This document shows positions 27,986 through 42,064 of a stretch of DNA of 64,000 bases, one piece after another; position 1 is the stretch's first letter; the number at the start of each line of letters is the position of its first letter. Position numbers and translations under genes: made by a program. The notes under the pieces were generated by a model that did no database searches, was not told the DNA's origin, and saw only the letters and a program-made list of their open reading frames with translations. The DNA lies in assembly GCF_018350175.1 (NCBI RefSeq), contig NC_058368.1, positions 104,224,001-104,288,000 on the forward strand, read 5' to 3'. The DNA is from Felis catus (Eukaryota).

Positions 27986-28126
27986 GCGTGCCTGGGTGGC
28001 TCAGTCAGTTAAGCGTCTGACTCTTAGTTTCAACTCAGGTCATGATCTCCCTGTTCATGAGTTTGAGCCCTCCATTAGGCTCTCTGCCCCCCTCCCCTCA
28101 AAAAATAAACTTAAAAAAAAAAAAAA
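27986..28126 (+). mobile_element. Internally deleted Can-SINE
   Basis: Head joined directly to ctctgcccccctcccc and A-tail. Confidence 0.85.
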
Positions 28127-28404
28127 GGCTTTATGGGTTTGAGAGTAACAGAGGTTAGGCCTGATGACACTTCACATACAGTTTTAAAATTTTCAAAGTG
28201 GAAAGAAAATACTTTAATAAAAGATTTCAAAATATATATTTTTTTGGGGGGTGTAGGAGTATGGAGCAAAAACCAAACCATGGGTGGAGGGGATTTACAT
28301 TCCAGGGCTGATTCCACCACGTCGGATCAGCACTCATCTTCCTTAGGTCTCATTTCTTCTCCAATAATCTGGATTTTTTAGACCCTCTTAAACAGAAGCT
28401 TTTC

Positions 28405-28641
28405 TTTTGTTATTTATTAAAAAACTTAATGCTTATTTATTTTTGAGACACGGGGAGACCGAGCACGAGTGGGGGAGGGGCAGAGGGAGAGAGGGAGACA
28501 CAGAATCCGAAGCAGGCTCCAGGCTCTGAGCTGTCAGCACAGAGCCCAAGGCGGGCCTCGAACTCCGCAAACTCACCCACCATGAGATCATGACCTGAGC
28601 TGTCGTGGGAGGCTTAGCCTACTGAGCCACCGAGGCGCCCC
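28405..28641 (-). mobile_element. Can-SINE
   Basis: TSD aaa(c/t)agaagcttttc. Confidence 0.9.
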
Positions 28642-28919
28642 TAAAATAGAAGCTTTTCAATTCTTTCTCAGCGAGGTTAAGGAAAGGCATTTTAGGTAAC
28701 AGGGCAGGAAATAGAACCATTGGTAAGGACAGTATCATCACTCAGGGTGCCCAGAAATCCCCCCAGGGTGATGATGTAGCCTGGTGCCCTTCACTACTTG
28801 TTATGTACCTAACTTAATATTTAAAGAACATCCTGGTCTTCATTTCTACCATTATTAAGGCAGCTAAGCTGTAATTACAGATGTGAGGTGTACTTTACTA
28901 ATACATCGTGAGGTGGCCT

Positions 28920-29090
28920 AGGTTATAGTTAAGGGCTAGGCTCTGGGGTCAGCCGAAACTGCCTGGGTTCAAACGTTGTCCTGTCACTTGCTGGGCAGCC
29001 TTGAGGAATTTCGTCTGTTAAACGTGAATTTTCAAACGAAAACAATCCCCATACCACAGAGCGTCTGCGTGGACGGATCACTGCAGGGCA
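28920..29090 (+). mobile_element. MIR-like SINE upstream of the promoter
   Basis: gttaagggctaggctctgggg...ctgcctgggttcaaac...ctgtcacttgctgggcagccttgagg. Confidence 0.6.
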
Positions 29091-30109
29091 CAGTAAAAGC
29101 CAATGAACGTTCGCCTCAAGGTAAAGGCTTTTCAAAGGGATCAACGGGACATTTGATTAGAACTAGCTGACAATTACATTTTAGAGGGATCCCTTTTTCA
29201 AGCAAAAAGTCGTTTCTACCTAAATTTGCACAAGCTTCGATTTTGCTGCATCGGACTTTAGTGAAGCAAGATAATTCACAGCTTGCGCTATTTACTTCTT
29301 GCGAGGTGGTTTTGATTTTATAAACCCTTTAATTGTTCAGAAACCAACCGATCAGGGACGGACCATCAGATCAGCACTGGTAGCAAATGACTCCAAGGTC
29401 AGGGTTTCTGGCTTCTGTGCGGTCTCTGTCGCTTCAAGACACGCGTACGTCGACTTGAGTGGGAGGAGGTGTTTGGATACACCGTTTTCCGTCCCAGAGA
29501 AAAATAAAGGCTTGCATTTGGCACCGGCACGTAGCGGGCTTTGAACCTCAGACAGCAGAGCCCATTACGTAACTCCACGGCTGCCGGGGATAAAGTTACA
29601 ACGTCTGCGACTGTCCCGGCCTCCACGAGTTGTGCGAGCGGCTGTTACGGCCGTTTATGTTTGAATTTCCCTGAACCGCTGGGTGTGGGCTGCGGCGCTG
29701 GCCCGCCCCGGAAAACCTCCGGGCTCCTTCCCGCCACCCGCAGGCCCAGCCCCTCCGGGGGTCCCCGCGGGGTGGTGGGAAGGCCCGGCCGGCGCTGGGC
29801 CCTGGGCCGCCCGGCGAGCAGTCCTCGGCGCCCGGCTCCACCGCCCTCAGTCCGTCCCCAGCCACGCCCAGCCCCGCGCGCCAAGCTGACGGTTGCCCGA
29901 GGCCCCGATTTTGAATTTACAGGCCCAGCCCCCGAACCCCGGAGCGCGCCGCCGGCTCCCCATTGGCCGGCGACGGTCACGTGGAGGTGCCGGCGCGCGC
30001 CGGCCATGTTGGAGAGTGCGGCGCCACTGCCCGCGCCACCTCCGCCCCCCGCCGCCCTCCTCCCTCCCCACCCCCCCCCCGCCCGCCGCTCCGCGCCGCC
30101 TGAGAGGAA

Positions 30110-30827
<718 letters not shown>

Positions 30828-32779
30828 TGAGTGCTCGTCTGGGGGCCGCATTAGCTCACGCGAGGGGCGGGGGGCGCAGCCCCAGGGCGGGAGGACCGGG
30901 GCCGAGTGCCCACGCCCTTCGGAAGGCGAAAGAATACAGTGTTTCTTAGCGGGGAGAGGGGTCGCGGAGGAGGGTTCGAGTTGTAGCGACGGTGTGACCG
31001 AGAGATGCACATTTCCGACTGCCCGCTCTTTAGCAGGGCCGGGCGGAGCGCGCACCTGAGGCCGCCAAGGTGGATTGGCCAGCTTCGGACCTCGAACCCC
31101 GAGATCCAGAAGGGTTCTCCGGCCGGGAATGCCCGGCGGGCCCCAGGTGTGGGGAGGTGGCGTCTGGGCGCGCGCTCCAATGCGCGTTCCTGTTTCCGGC
31201 CGGGCCAGAGACAAAGCGGCTGGTGGGTTTGCGGCGCAGGGATGGCCGGCCGGGAAGATGGGCTGCCCGCCTCAAGAATGAATGAGCTGTGCGCGGGCGG
31301 AGAGAGGAAGGGGAGGGACCTGCCTCCAGCGTCCCCGTCTCCCGGGGGTGGGTCCCGCTTTGGCGCGCTCAATCTGGGCCCTGTGACATTTTGCAATCGT
31401 TCTACGCCTGTCTTGGGCGGGGTCTGAACTGAGCGCCTCTGCCGGCCCAGGCCGAGTTGGGGTTTTAAGCTCTTTAGCTTTCTCTAGGGAAAGGTGCCGT
31501 TTCTAAGAAGATAGTCGCGGGTCCCCTTGGGTGCTGAAAGCTGGGGTTTTGGATGGCGTGGCCACCGTTCTCTGATTCGTGATTCGTGGACCACATTACT
31601 CACCGCCCCACGCCCCCCCCCCCCCCCCCCCCCCCGGCAGCAGTCTCCTTCCCCGAGCTTTTGCACCCCCTTAATGTAGTCAGTTGGTCTTTCTGGTAAT
31701 GGAGAGACCTTTTCAGCGCCCGCGTCTGTCATTGTAATTAATGACAGGCCAGGGCAGGTGTAAGGGTTGTTGTGTAAACGTGAAGTGCTGTGGCGAGTTT
31801 GTAATTATTCCACCTAAGGAGGTCTGAGTTTTCAGACCAGGGCACTAGGATAAACTAGCAAGCCTTTGCTGAGCCTACCTTGACTTTCTGGTGAGCAAAA
31901 GGGCATACTTGTAATCAATCAGTAGGCAACTAGGGTTGATGTCATGTTTTAGATATTTGCTAAATTTGCTTCCAGAACTCGGTCTCCATCCTCCATTGTT
32001 CATTGAAATTTCTGGAGATGCTTGACTCCGACTTTGACTCTGTCCGTGAATGTCTTTCTGTCTGTGTGAATGCTCCTGTCTCTCTCTGATTTTGTATGCG
32101 TGAATCTACCCCTCCCCCTTATTAATATTTGAAAAATGGTTCATAAAAAGTGTGTGCACTTGATAAAAAAAATGGGCTGACTTCTGGTGAAAGACTGTTG
32201 ACAATCTATTGTCTATTTCCAGGAGGCAGTCGTGTTTAGCTCTTTTTGTGTTTATTTATTTGGGTGTTTAGTTTCGAAACTCAATAATAAGCTTATTTTT
32301 TCTGTTTCTTGGATTTACCAACCTTTGGAGGCATCTTTTGAAATGGGTCATTGCACTCACATTACTGTCCAATTTTTGTTACTGAATTTCTTCAAATCCT
32401 AGATGCCGACTTGCTATGAAATGCACCACTAAGAAAAAAATGTCAGGACCAGCTATGTAGGATCCATTCTGTTGGGCCCATATTTGTTTCAGAGATGTTA
32501 AAATGTGACAGATTAAGCATCTGTTATGTGCCAGCACTGTTGTATGTTGAGAGACTACAGAGATTGTTTTAAAGAAATAAATTATTGCCCTTGTGTTGCT
32601 GAGTTGAGTACTGTAGGGGAGATACCTAACCAGCACATAAAGGTCCTATTTCATCTAACCCGAGGCATTTCGATGTTGATGCTTTTGTAATCTTTTCAGA
32701 ACTACTGAAGGTTTTTAATACAGTAACAAGACTGCCACCTGGCTGACTGTAGTTTTAAAATGCTGCCTATGGAGGGGGA

Positions 32780-33090
32780 GGGGGAATAGAGGAAGCCAGT
32801 CAAAAGATACATACAGTTACAAGATAAAGTAGTAGGAATGTCATGTATAACAGGATGTCTATAGGTCATCATGTGATATATAGGAAAGTTAAGAGGTAAA
32901 ATCCTAACAGTTCTCATCACAAGGAGAAATTTTTTTCCTTTTTTCTTTTTGTATCTATGTGAGAAGATGTATGTTAACTGAACCTATTGTGTTAATCATT
33001 TCTCAGTATATGTAAATCAAACAATTTGCTGTACACCATGAGCTTACACAGTGATGTGTGTCAGTTATTTGTCAATTCAAGTGTAAAAAC
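32780..33090 (+). mobile_element. L1 3'UTR fragment
   Basis: gaggtaaaatcctaacagttctcatcacaagg, tatatgtaaatcaaac, gtcagttatttgtcaat. Confidence 0.75.
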
Positions 33091-33094
33091 ATGC

Positions 33095-33298
33095 GGGGCA
33101 CCTGGGTGGCTCAGTCGGTTAAGCGTCCAACTTTGGCTCAGGTCGTGCTCTCACGGTCATGGGTTTGAGCCCCATGTTGGGCTCTGTGCTGACAGCTGAG
33201 AGCCTGGAGCCTGGAGCCTGGTTCAGATTCTGTCTCCCTCTCTCTGCCCCTACCCCACTTGTGTTCTGTCTCTCAAAAATAAATAAACATTAAAAAAA
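33095..33298 (+). mobile_element. Can-SINE
   Basis: ggggcacctgggtggctcagtcgg head, A-tail. Confidence 0.92.
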
Positions 33299-33607
33299 GT
33301 GGAAAAAAATGCTGTGTGTGGATTGTAAGATGCATACTAGTTTTAGCAAGATTAAAAAGTAAAATATACATGTATTAGAATCAATAAAATAATGTATGTG
33401 ATATAATTTTACGTAATAACAGGTGCCAGGGTAATAAAGATAAAATAGGGTGAAGGGATGGTGTGGTTAAGGAATTTTGCTCCTAAATGGGCTTTCATTT
33501 TTCTTGTTGACTAAAGAAGTCTTTCTGAAAATATATAATCATAATATCTATTACATGAGTATTATTTTTTCCCTGAAGCTTTCTGGGCTTAAGATGTGCT
33601 GTGTGTA

Positions 33608-33817
33608 GGGGCGCCTGGGTGGTTCAGTCGGTTGAGCGAACGACTTGGCTCAGGTCATGATCTTGAGGTCTGTGAGTTCGAGCCCCGCGTCACGCTCTGT
33701 GCTGACAGCTCAGAGCCCAGAGCCTGCTTCGGATTCTGTGTCTTCCTCTCTCTCTGCCCCTCCCCCGCTCATGGTCTGTCAAACATAAAAAACTTTAAAA
33801 AAAAAATTAAAAAAAAA
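33608..33817 (+). mobile_element. Can-SINE
   Basis: TSD atgtgctgtgtgtag. Confidence 0.92.
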
Positions 33818-33969
33818 TGTGCTGTGTGTAGCTGACATCCTAGGAATTGACCTGATTTCAACGCGCTGTCCTAGATCACATACTTTTCTTTTCTTGGTTT
33901 CTTCCCTCATTTTGTTGGAGAACATCCTTAAGAAACTGACTCAGAAAAGATGGCAGGATGTAAACTTCC

Positions 33970-34168
33970 TTTTTTTTTTTTTTTTTTTTAAAGTTTATTG
34001 GTAGAAAGAGAGTACAAACAGGGAAGGGGCAGAGTGAGAAGGAGAATCCCAAGCAGACTCTTTGCTGTCAGCACCCTGAGTGGGACTCTATCTCAGGAAC
34101 TGTGAGATCATGACTTGAGCCTGAATCAAGAGTTGGTCGCTTAATCACCGAGCCCCTGCAAGTTCCCC
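33970..34168 (-). mobile_element. Can-SINE
   Basis: TSD caggat(g/t)taaactt. Confidence 0.85.
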
Positions 34169-34797
34169 AGGATTTAAACTTTCTGAGTCCCATGTGTCTG
34201 AAAATAACTTTGTTTTGTCATGCTTGGTTAGTAGTTGGGATAGGTATAGAATATTGGTTCTAACCTTTTTCCTCAGAACTTGGGAATTACGATATTGCTC
34301 CCTCGTCTTCTAGTGGCCTGTGTTGTGTTATCTGTCTGATGTCAGTCACAGTTATTTTCTTTTGGTAATTGCTTTTGGTTTTCTTCTTTGGAAGCTTTGG
34401 AATTTTCTTTTATCCTGATTTTCTGAAATTGGATGGCAATGAGTCTAGGAAAGGATATTTCTGTTATGCATCCCACCTGTTACAAGTGGTTTCTTTCTAT
34501 TTAAAGTCTTGAACTTTATTTAGCTCTGGGAAATTTATTTTATTCCAAATCTTTCTGTTCCTTGTTTTCTTTCTTTTTTCTGTTTGGGATGTTAACCACT
34601 TTTGTCTCTTGTCTCTTTTTTTTCTTTTTCCATTCTGGGAAATTACTTTGATTCTTCTCTAGTTGAGTAGTGACTTTTTATTTAATTACTTAATTTATTT
34701 TTCAGTAGTGACATTTTAAAGACTGAAGTCATGCTTTTAATTCCAAGAATTTTTTTTGTACAGATATTTCTCTTTTATTCAATTTGTTTCTATTTTA

Positions 34798-35017
34798 TTT
34801 ATTTTTTAATTTTTTTTTAACATTTATTTTTTGAGAGAGAGAGACAGAGTGTGAGCAGGGGAGGCGCAGAGAGAGACAAGAAGACACAAAATCTGAGCAG
34901 GTTCCAGGCTCCGAGCTGTCAGCGCAGAGCCCAATGCGGGGCTCGAACTCACAAGCTGTGAGATCATGACCTGAACCGGAGTCATATGCTTAACTGACTG
35001 AGCCACCCAGGCGCCCC
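34798..35017 (-). mobile_element. Can-SINE
   Basis: TSD caatttgtttct(a/g)tttta. Confidence 0.92.
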
Positions 35018-35550
35018 AATTTGTTTCTGTTTTAAGGATGTATTATTTTCTTTAATCTGTCTGAAGGTAATATTTAGGATTTTCTTTTTAAAATACTTTT
35101 CACCGGATGATCTCTTTTTTCCTCCCTATTCAGTTGTTCTTTTTGTTTGGATTGGATTTTTTCTTGCAAGTGATTTTTGTCACATGTGGGATCCTTCTCG
35201 CTTGTCAACATTTACAAATGAATTGGTTGAGCATTAGTGCTTTAGTTGTTTAGGTAGCTCCTTCCCTGGTTTTTCTAATGGAAGAACACATTAGGACCTC
35301 TTTATATCTCATTGGGATGTGCTGTGGACTAACTGGTCGGAAAGCCTGCAGTTAGGCTAAGGGATGCTGAGGAGAATCAGATATAAAGCTATTTCATGAG
35401 TTCATGCCCCCATTTTAAGTCTCCCTCACTTTCCCCTGTAGTCCTTATGTGCATATTTTGTGATATGTACTTTTATCTGCTTTTCATCGTTTTTTAGAAG
35501 TTCATTGGAATGTTTAATGATCCTTCTCCCATTCTCTTTGGTGCGACAGG

Positions 35551-35768
35551 TTTATTTATTTTTTTAAAATGTTGATATATTTTTGAGAGAGAGCTAGAGG
35601 GGGCACAAGCGTGGGGGAGGGGCAGAGAGAAGGGAAGACAGAGGATCTGAAGTGGGCTGGTTGTGAGCTGACAGCAGAGAGCTGAGTGAGTCTTTAACTC
35701 ATGAACTGTGAGATCAGGAACTGAACTGGAGTTGGATGCTTAACCGACTGAGCCACCCAGGCGCCCCG
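35551..35768 (-). mobile_element. Can-SINE
   Basis: gactgagccacccaggcgcccc head on the minus strand. Confidence 0.88.
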
Positions 35769-36458
35769 ATACAAATTTATTTTATGTGGCATGTTTAACT
35801 GCCTTTTTATTAGGGTCTAGTGGGTAGACTAATGCTGCCTGTATGTAGTAATTCTTGGAAATCTTGGGAATAATTTAATTTTGAGCAATAGTTGCAGTAT
35901 AATTTGTAAGATGTAAAGCAAGAAGTTGTTTTTGTCTATTTGGGTCCATTTAGCTCTTTTATTTAAGAATTTTCTGTTTTTAATTTTTTATTCAGAGTTA
36001 AGAGTCTTTGTAAGTTAGTATATCATGTAAGTGGATTTAAAAAATCATAGATTCCGAAATTACTTAGTCCCTTTTTGCTTCCTCAGTACACAATGTACCT
36101 AAAGACAGAATAATTCTTGGAGATGCTTGGTCCTGCTGGAGAGAATTTGACATCCGCTTCCATCCATGTGGTCTCTCACAGGAACACATCTCAGATTTAA
36201 GATACAGCTACTCTGATTCAGTCCAAACCTAATTATATGTCATTGGAAGCTGTTTTGGTGAACAGTTTCCAAGAATGATGATGAGTGCCATCAGTTAATA
36301 CTTGAAACAAAAAAGTAAAGGAAGATTGACATTGCAGAATTTCAGTGTTAACTCATTATACAGGAAAGGTAGATGTAAGAGAAAAGTAAGTTTGTTGGTC
36401 AATTGTTCAATAACTAATTTTATGGATGCATACTTTTTTTTTTTTTCGTTTGCTGATA

Positions 36459-36755
36459 CAGGTCCACAGTTTTTTATGTAAAATCCTTAAGGCCAGGTGT
36501 GTTACAGAAGTAAAAACAATTTCAATTTTCAGGTAATATGCGTGTACCATATAGAATACCCCCAGTGGGGTCTGGGGTGGCACTCCATTGTGAAACATGT
36601 TTCTGTAAGGAAAGATATTAATAGTTATAGTCAGTGGAGAAAGACAACTAAAAATAGCCTCATATCCATTTAGGTCAGGTTTTGCCACCAAATGAATTAA
36701 TGAAAATTTTAGGTTTTAGAAACTCTGGAAGTGCATGTAAGAGAGTATGGATTTG
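36459..36755. mobile_element. TcMar-Tigger non-autonomous element (MER46C-like)
   Basis: ta|caggtccaca left terminus, degenerate tatggatttg right terminus, internal tcaggttttgccaccaaatga. Confidence 0.65.
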
Positions 36756-36792
36756 TGTTTTTAAATTAACCGCTTCAAAAAAATAAAAAAAA

Positions 36793-37217
36793 TTTTTTAA
36801 AATGTTTTTATTTATTTTTGAAGGAGAGAGGGAGACAGACCATGAGTGGGGGAGGAACAGAGAGGGGGAGACACAGAATCCAAAGCAGGCTCCAAGCTCT
36901 GAGCTGTCAGCACAGAGCCTGATGCGGAGCTCGAACCCACAAACCGTGAGATCCTGACCTGAGCCGAAGTTGGACGCTTAACCAACTGAGCCACCCAGGC
37001 ACCCCCCAATTTTTTTTTAATGTTTATTTATTTTTGAGAGAGAGATAGAGTGTGAGTGGGGGAGGAGCAGAGAGAGAGGGAGACACAGAATCTGAAGCAG
37101 GATCCAGGCTCTGAGCTGTCAGCACAGAGCCTGATGCGGGGCTCGAACTCACGGACTGTGAGATCATGACCTGAGCCGAAGTCGGAGGCTCAACTGACTG
37201 AGCCACCCAGGCGCCCC
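36793..37217 (-). mobile_element. Tandem Can-SINE dimer (36793-37007; 37010-37217)
   Basis: Two full abutting copies. Confidence 0.92.
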
Positions 37218-38283
37218 TAGTAAGGAAACTTATAATGGAAATTTGGATTTGCGTGTGTTGTAATTAAAAAATGCATACAGGTACTTATGTGCTACTAACA
37301 AGTATGTTGGGACACTGTCAACCACAATAGCATGAGGTTGGGTAGTATCGAGCAAGGGTACTTCGCAAAGTTGCAACTTCTTAGTTTTTTGCGGCTTGGT
37401 TACTGGAATTCTTTGAGCCTGTGTTTCCTCATCTGTATAATTGAGATAAGGAGTAAGTAGTAGTGTTGTGAATCTCAGCAAGAATTAAGACACTTATATC
37501 ATTTTTTAGCCTCTTATTTACTTGTGTCATAATAATGGATGAATTTTTATCCAGTAATAGTTGGATAAAATATTGCTGATAATTTACCAAGGAAAGTTGC
37601 TAACATTTTAGCACTTTTAAAGAGTACTGAAATGCAAATATGATAAAATAATTTTTCCTGTTACTTTCCTAGTGGTGAAAGGGGTTGGGATTTACTATAA
37701 ATTTGGACTTAGTGCATATATATACTTTGTTGGCTTTCTATCTATTTTAGTCACAGAATGACATTTAGGGAAGGTGCACAGACTAAACAACATCAGCAGG
37801 GTTGTTCTAACATTTGTATTCAGTTTTCAAACTTAAAATAATAAATGCTAACCTGCTTTAGGGAATTTTCTTTGGACATAGGATGATTAATTTAAAAACA
37901 AAAACCTTCATCACATGTATTGCCTCGTCTTTCGGTTATGTCCTAATTTTGCTCTGGTAGAAGCAAGTTGACAGCAACACCCCGGCCTTAATATAAGAGC
38001 TATAAAACTGCATGCTAAACTTAATTATCAGGGAAATACTTGGAAGGACGAAACCCCTAGAATTGGTGTCAAAATCTAGGAAGCAGATCCTAGGTAATTA
38101 AACTGGCATAACACTTCCTTCCTATGCTTTCAAAGGATGTCTGGTAGAGCAGGATATCTTTTAGAGTTGTTGGAATTTAATCCTTAGGTTTAATCCTATA
38201 AACTAGGTAATCTTTTAGTGTACCCAGATTCAAGAAAGTAAACACAGGATGAAAGATAAAGCAGTAAAAAAATATGCTGTTGA

Positions 38284-38495
38284 TTTTTTTTTTTTTTAAT
38301 TTTAATGTTTATTTTTGAAGACAGAACATGAATGGGAGAGCGGCAGAGAGAGAGGGAGGGAGACACAGAATCTGAAAAGGCTCCAGGCTCTGAGCTGTCA
38401 ACACAGAGCCCGATCCCGGGCTCGATCCCACGATCTGTGAGATCATGACATTCGTGAAGTTGTTTGCCCAACCGACTGAGCCACCCAGGTGCCCC
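38284..38495 (-). mobile_element. Can-SINE
   Basis: polyT, (AG)n, gccacccaggtgcccc. Confidence 0.9.
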
Positions 38496-40469
38496 GATTC
38501 TTCCCACCCGCACCCCCCCCCCCCCCCCGCCAGCACAATCTATTAATGTTTGTCCTTTAATTTGTTCAGATGACATCACCTCTGGTATGTCTGAGTTAGA
38601 GATCTTGAGAATTTTATATCTTCAGTGTAGGTCTGTTCCATGCACAGATAGTGAGATTGAGGCTGAGGCATTACTTGAGTGATGGGAGCGTAACTGAAGT
38701 TCCCAATTATTATTGGGGTCTAAGGAAGTTTCCTAATCAGGGTTTTTAACTTCTTTTTTTCACTGTACTTCTGTGATAAGGGATTGTGTGTTGGCTGTTA
38801 TATTTCGGGAATTAAAAAAAAAAAGCTTTCTTATTACACAAAAATTATGTTTGTTATGGGAAATTAAAAAATACAGGTAAACACCAAGAAGAAAGTAAAA
38901 ATCATCCTTAGTTCCGTAAAAAAGAACTCTGAAGTTTTCCTATTAATAAGCATATTGTTAACAAAAAATGATTCCTGTTAAATACTGATATGTAACCTTT
39001 TTTCATGCAGCACTGTTTTGTGATTTTCTTCTCACATCAGCTAATGTACTATACTATCATTTAACACATTTTAAAGCTACACTGATAACTTTTATTGATC
39101 ACTTAGCTTGCTGTGACCAAGCATGTGTACTTCTCAGTGACTGTATGTCCCCAGTTTCTCCGAGATGGTTAGAGGGCCATGTTTATCTTCTCTTGCTGAC
39201 AGTTAACAGGTTTTTTCCTCTGGTTAACTTAATGGTTAAATGTTAACTAACTGACTGGTTAAATGTTAACCACTGGATGAAGAAATGACAATTTTGCCAA
39301 TTTTTGATGCTACCAGCAACAGATGAGTGTCTGAGCAATTTATTTTAATTTTGGAATCTTTCTAGTTCTTGATCATTTTTATATTGTTAGGGTCATATTG
39401 CTGGTATAAAGGCATAAAATGATTGAAACTTAGGTTATAATCTTAGGTTTCTGCTGATATTTTTGGTGTATGACTAGATGATAAATGACGTTTTCCTTAG
39501 CTAATCTGTTTAGTTGGTCCTTTTTAAATATAATTTTTTGCCTTCACTGCATCTACATTTATTAATCACAGATCAAATCAGAGCCCTTTTGGTGCTGGAA
39601 GGGGTCTTGGATCATGCAGTCTAACCAACTTGATTTGTGGGTGCAGAAACTGAGAGCTAGATTAAAGTACTTATCAAAGATACAGGACAGAAGGTGCTAA
39701 GATTCATTTCGCGCTTAACATGTTTGCCACGCACTCTGCTAGATGCACTGTCTTTTAAGCCTTGTGATAACCCTGTTTGATGAGTGAGGAAACTTCAGGC
39801 TAAGAGAATTTAGCAGATTAGTGGTAGAGCTAGACTAGGTCTGAGCTCTGTGTTACAGCGTTGTCAGAGAGTTTTTACATGGATCATTTATTCATTTTTA
39901 AGCAAGCTCTTTGGCCAACGTTGGGCTTGAACTCAACTCCAAGATAGAGTTGCACGCTCTACCGTCTGAGCCAGCCAGCCTCCCACCACCAACCCCCCCC
40001 CCCCCCCCCGGGTCATTTCTTGTAATCCTTACATCATTGCTGTTTTGCAGGTGTGATTTTGGTTTCTCTGCCTGAAGCAGGCTCACCATGCACTATCATT
40101 GGGTTGGGACTTGAAATCTTACATAGGACGGCTGATTTTCAGGTCCATTTGGTTGTTACTTTTGCAGATGGTACTGGATGTGTGTTTTTCACAGTGATAG
40201 TTCATAGCTCCCCGGAGGTGATTGTGGATTTGTCAGGAGGGTGCAGTAATGGAAGCAGCTGTTGGAAATACTGAGGGCTTCGTTTGCTCATGAGGAAAGG
40301 GTGAAGATGAATTACTGAAAAAGACTTCTTTTATCTTCCTTCTTAGAAAGCTACTTTCCTACTTTACTCTATGCCTTAATAATAATTTTAAGAGGAATTA
40401 AAATCTCTTAAGTCTTTACTCATGAGAGAAATACTGTTTTTTTGAATTATTTTTTTGAGAAATGTTCTT

Positions 40470-41700
40470 TTCATTTTTTATTCACACATTTGTGGAAATA
40501 ATACTATATGCCAGGCCTTGAACCAGATGCTGCGAATAGATGGGACACTCAGTTCTTGTTACCAAGTTGTTGACAGTCTCATGGGCAAAGCAGAAAACAA
40601 ACACTATGCTATTGTGAGCTGTTAATGTGGTACATTAATACAGTGTAATAGGTGTTATGATAGCAGTATCTACATGGTGCTGTGGAAGAAAAGACTAAGG
40701 CAGACAGGAGCCTTCTGAAGTTTTGAAAGACATCGCCAGGGAACTGGGCTGAGTGTTGGGAGGTAAGTAACTAGGAGTTGGCTGAAAAGCATTAGGAGAG
40801 GGTGGTTACCCAAATGGCAGTTAGTTTCCTCTAACTAGACTGGCACGTGTGCGTGTGTGCGTGTGTGTGTGTGTGTGTGTGTACATACCTACGCATGCAC
40901 GTATGTGGTAGAGGGCGGTTGGATTTTAGGAAATGAGCCTCAAGAATTTCAGGTAGAAAAGTGACATGAACAGAAGAATGGTCTGGCCATTCTGTGGAGG
41001 AAACAAAGAGTACAGATAAAACCCAGGTAAGAACACTTGAGGCGGGCCCTGAGCTCAGGTAGGCAGTGGGAAAGGATAGAAAGTGGATTTAAGAGATACT
41101 AAGCATGGGAGAGTCAGGAGAAGAGTTGAGAGTGACCCTGCTTCCATGCATGGGTGCCGGGGGGAAGTGTTGCTTTTAGACCTTGATGGATAGGGGACTG
41201 GTTTAGAGAACCTACTCAAGGTTAGTGTGAATTAGTGGTGTTTGTTGGACTTCTAGGTGGAGATGTCACATGGCAATCTAGAGTACTTGCCTGGAGCTCT
41301 ATGGAGAGACTTTGAATGGAGATACATTTGCAGGAGCAGGGCTGATATTTGGGGATAAAGACAAAAGAGAGGAGGGGCAAAGACGTGGAAAACATCTTCA
41401 TATGAGGACTGGGTAGAAAAAGGAAAAGTGGAGATGGTAAGCAATAGCCAGAGAAGCAGGACAAGAGTTGAGTCATGGGACAGAGATTTATAAAGCAATG
41501 CTAGGACAGTTTTGGTTAGATAAGTCCTAAAAGTTATTTATTACATTTGGTGGCTGGCAGATTATTGTTGATTGTGAGGAGTGTGTAATGCTAGTAACTT
41601 TGGCAGTGGGATCAAAGCCATGGGCTATAATGAAGGAAGGAATGGGAAGAAAGATTGTGAGATTACTGGTATAAGAATGTTGGCTGTGAAGAGAAGACAT
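40470..41700 (-). mobile_element. L2 LINE fragments
   Basis: ttcattttttattcacacatttg...tactatatgccaggcc (L2 3' end pattern); ggtggagatgtc...ctggagctc...ggagatacatttg. Confidence 0.55.
40844..40888. repeat. (TG/CG)n alternating purine-pyrimidine tract
   Basis: cacgtgtgcgtgtgtgcgtgtg...gtacatac. Confidence 0.9.
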
Positions 41701-41729
41701 TTTTAAAGTTTTATTTAAAGTGGATTCTC

Positions 41730-41910
41730 AGGGCACCTGGGTGGCTCAGTTGGTTAAGCGTCCACCTTCAGCTCAGGTCATGATCTCAAGACCTGCGTCG
41801 GGCTCTGTGCTGACAGCTCAGAGCCCGGAGCCTGCTTCATATTCTTGTGTCTGCCCCTCTCTTGCTTGCACGCGCTCTCAGAAATAAAATAATAAAAACA
41901 TCAAAAAAAG
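41730..41910 (+). mobile_element. Can-SINE
   Basis: gggcacctgggtggctcag; flanked by attctca repeats. Confidence 0.88.
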
Positions 41911-42064
41911 AAACAAATAGATTCTCATTCCAACTTTGTATCACAAAACATTGGCTAGGAGACCAGAACACTTACCCTCTAAGATAACGCACTTAACCCA
42001 CTTTGCCTAAAACACTTTAGTAACTTCTAGGATAAAGACTAAGACCCTCAGTATTGCCTAATTG

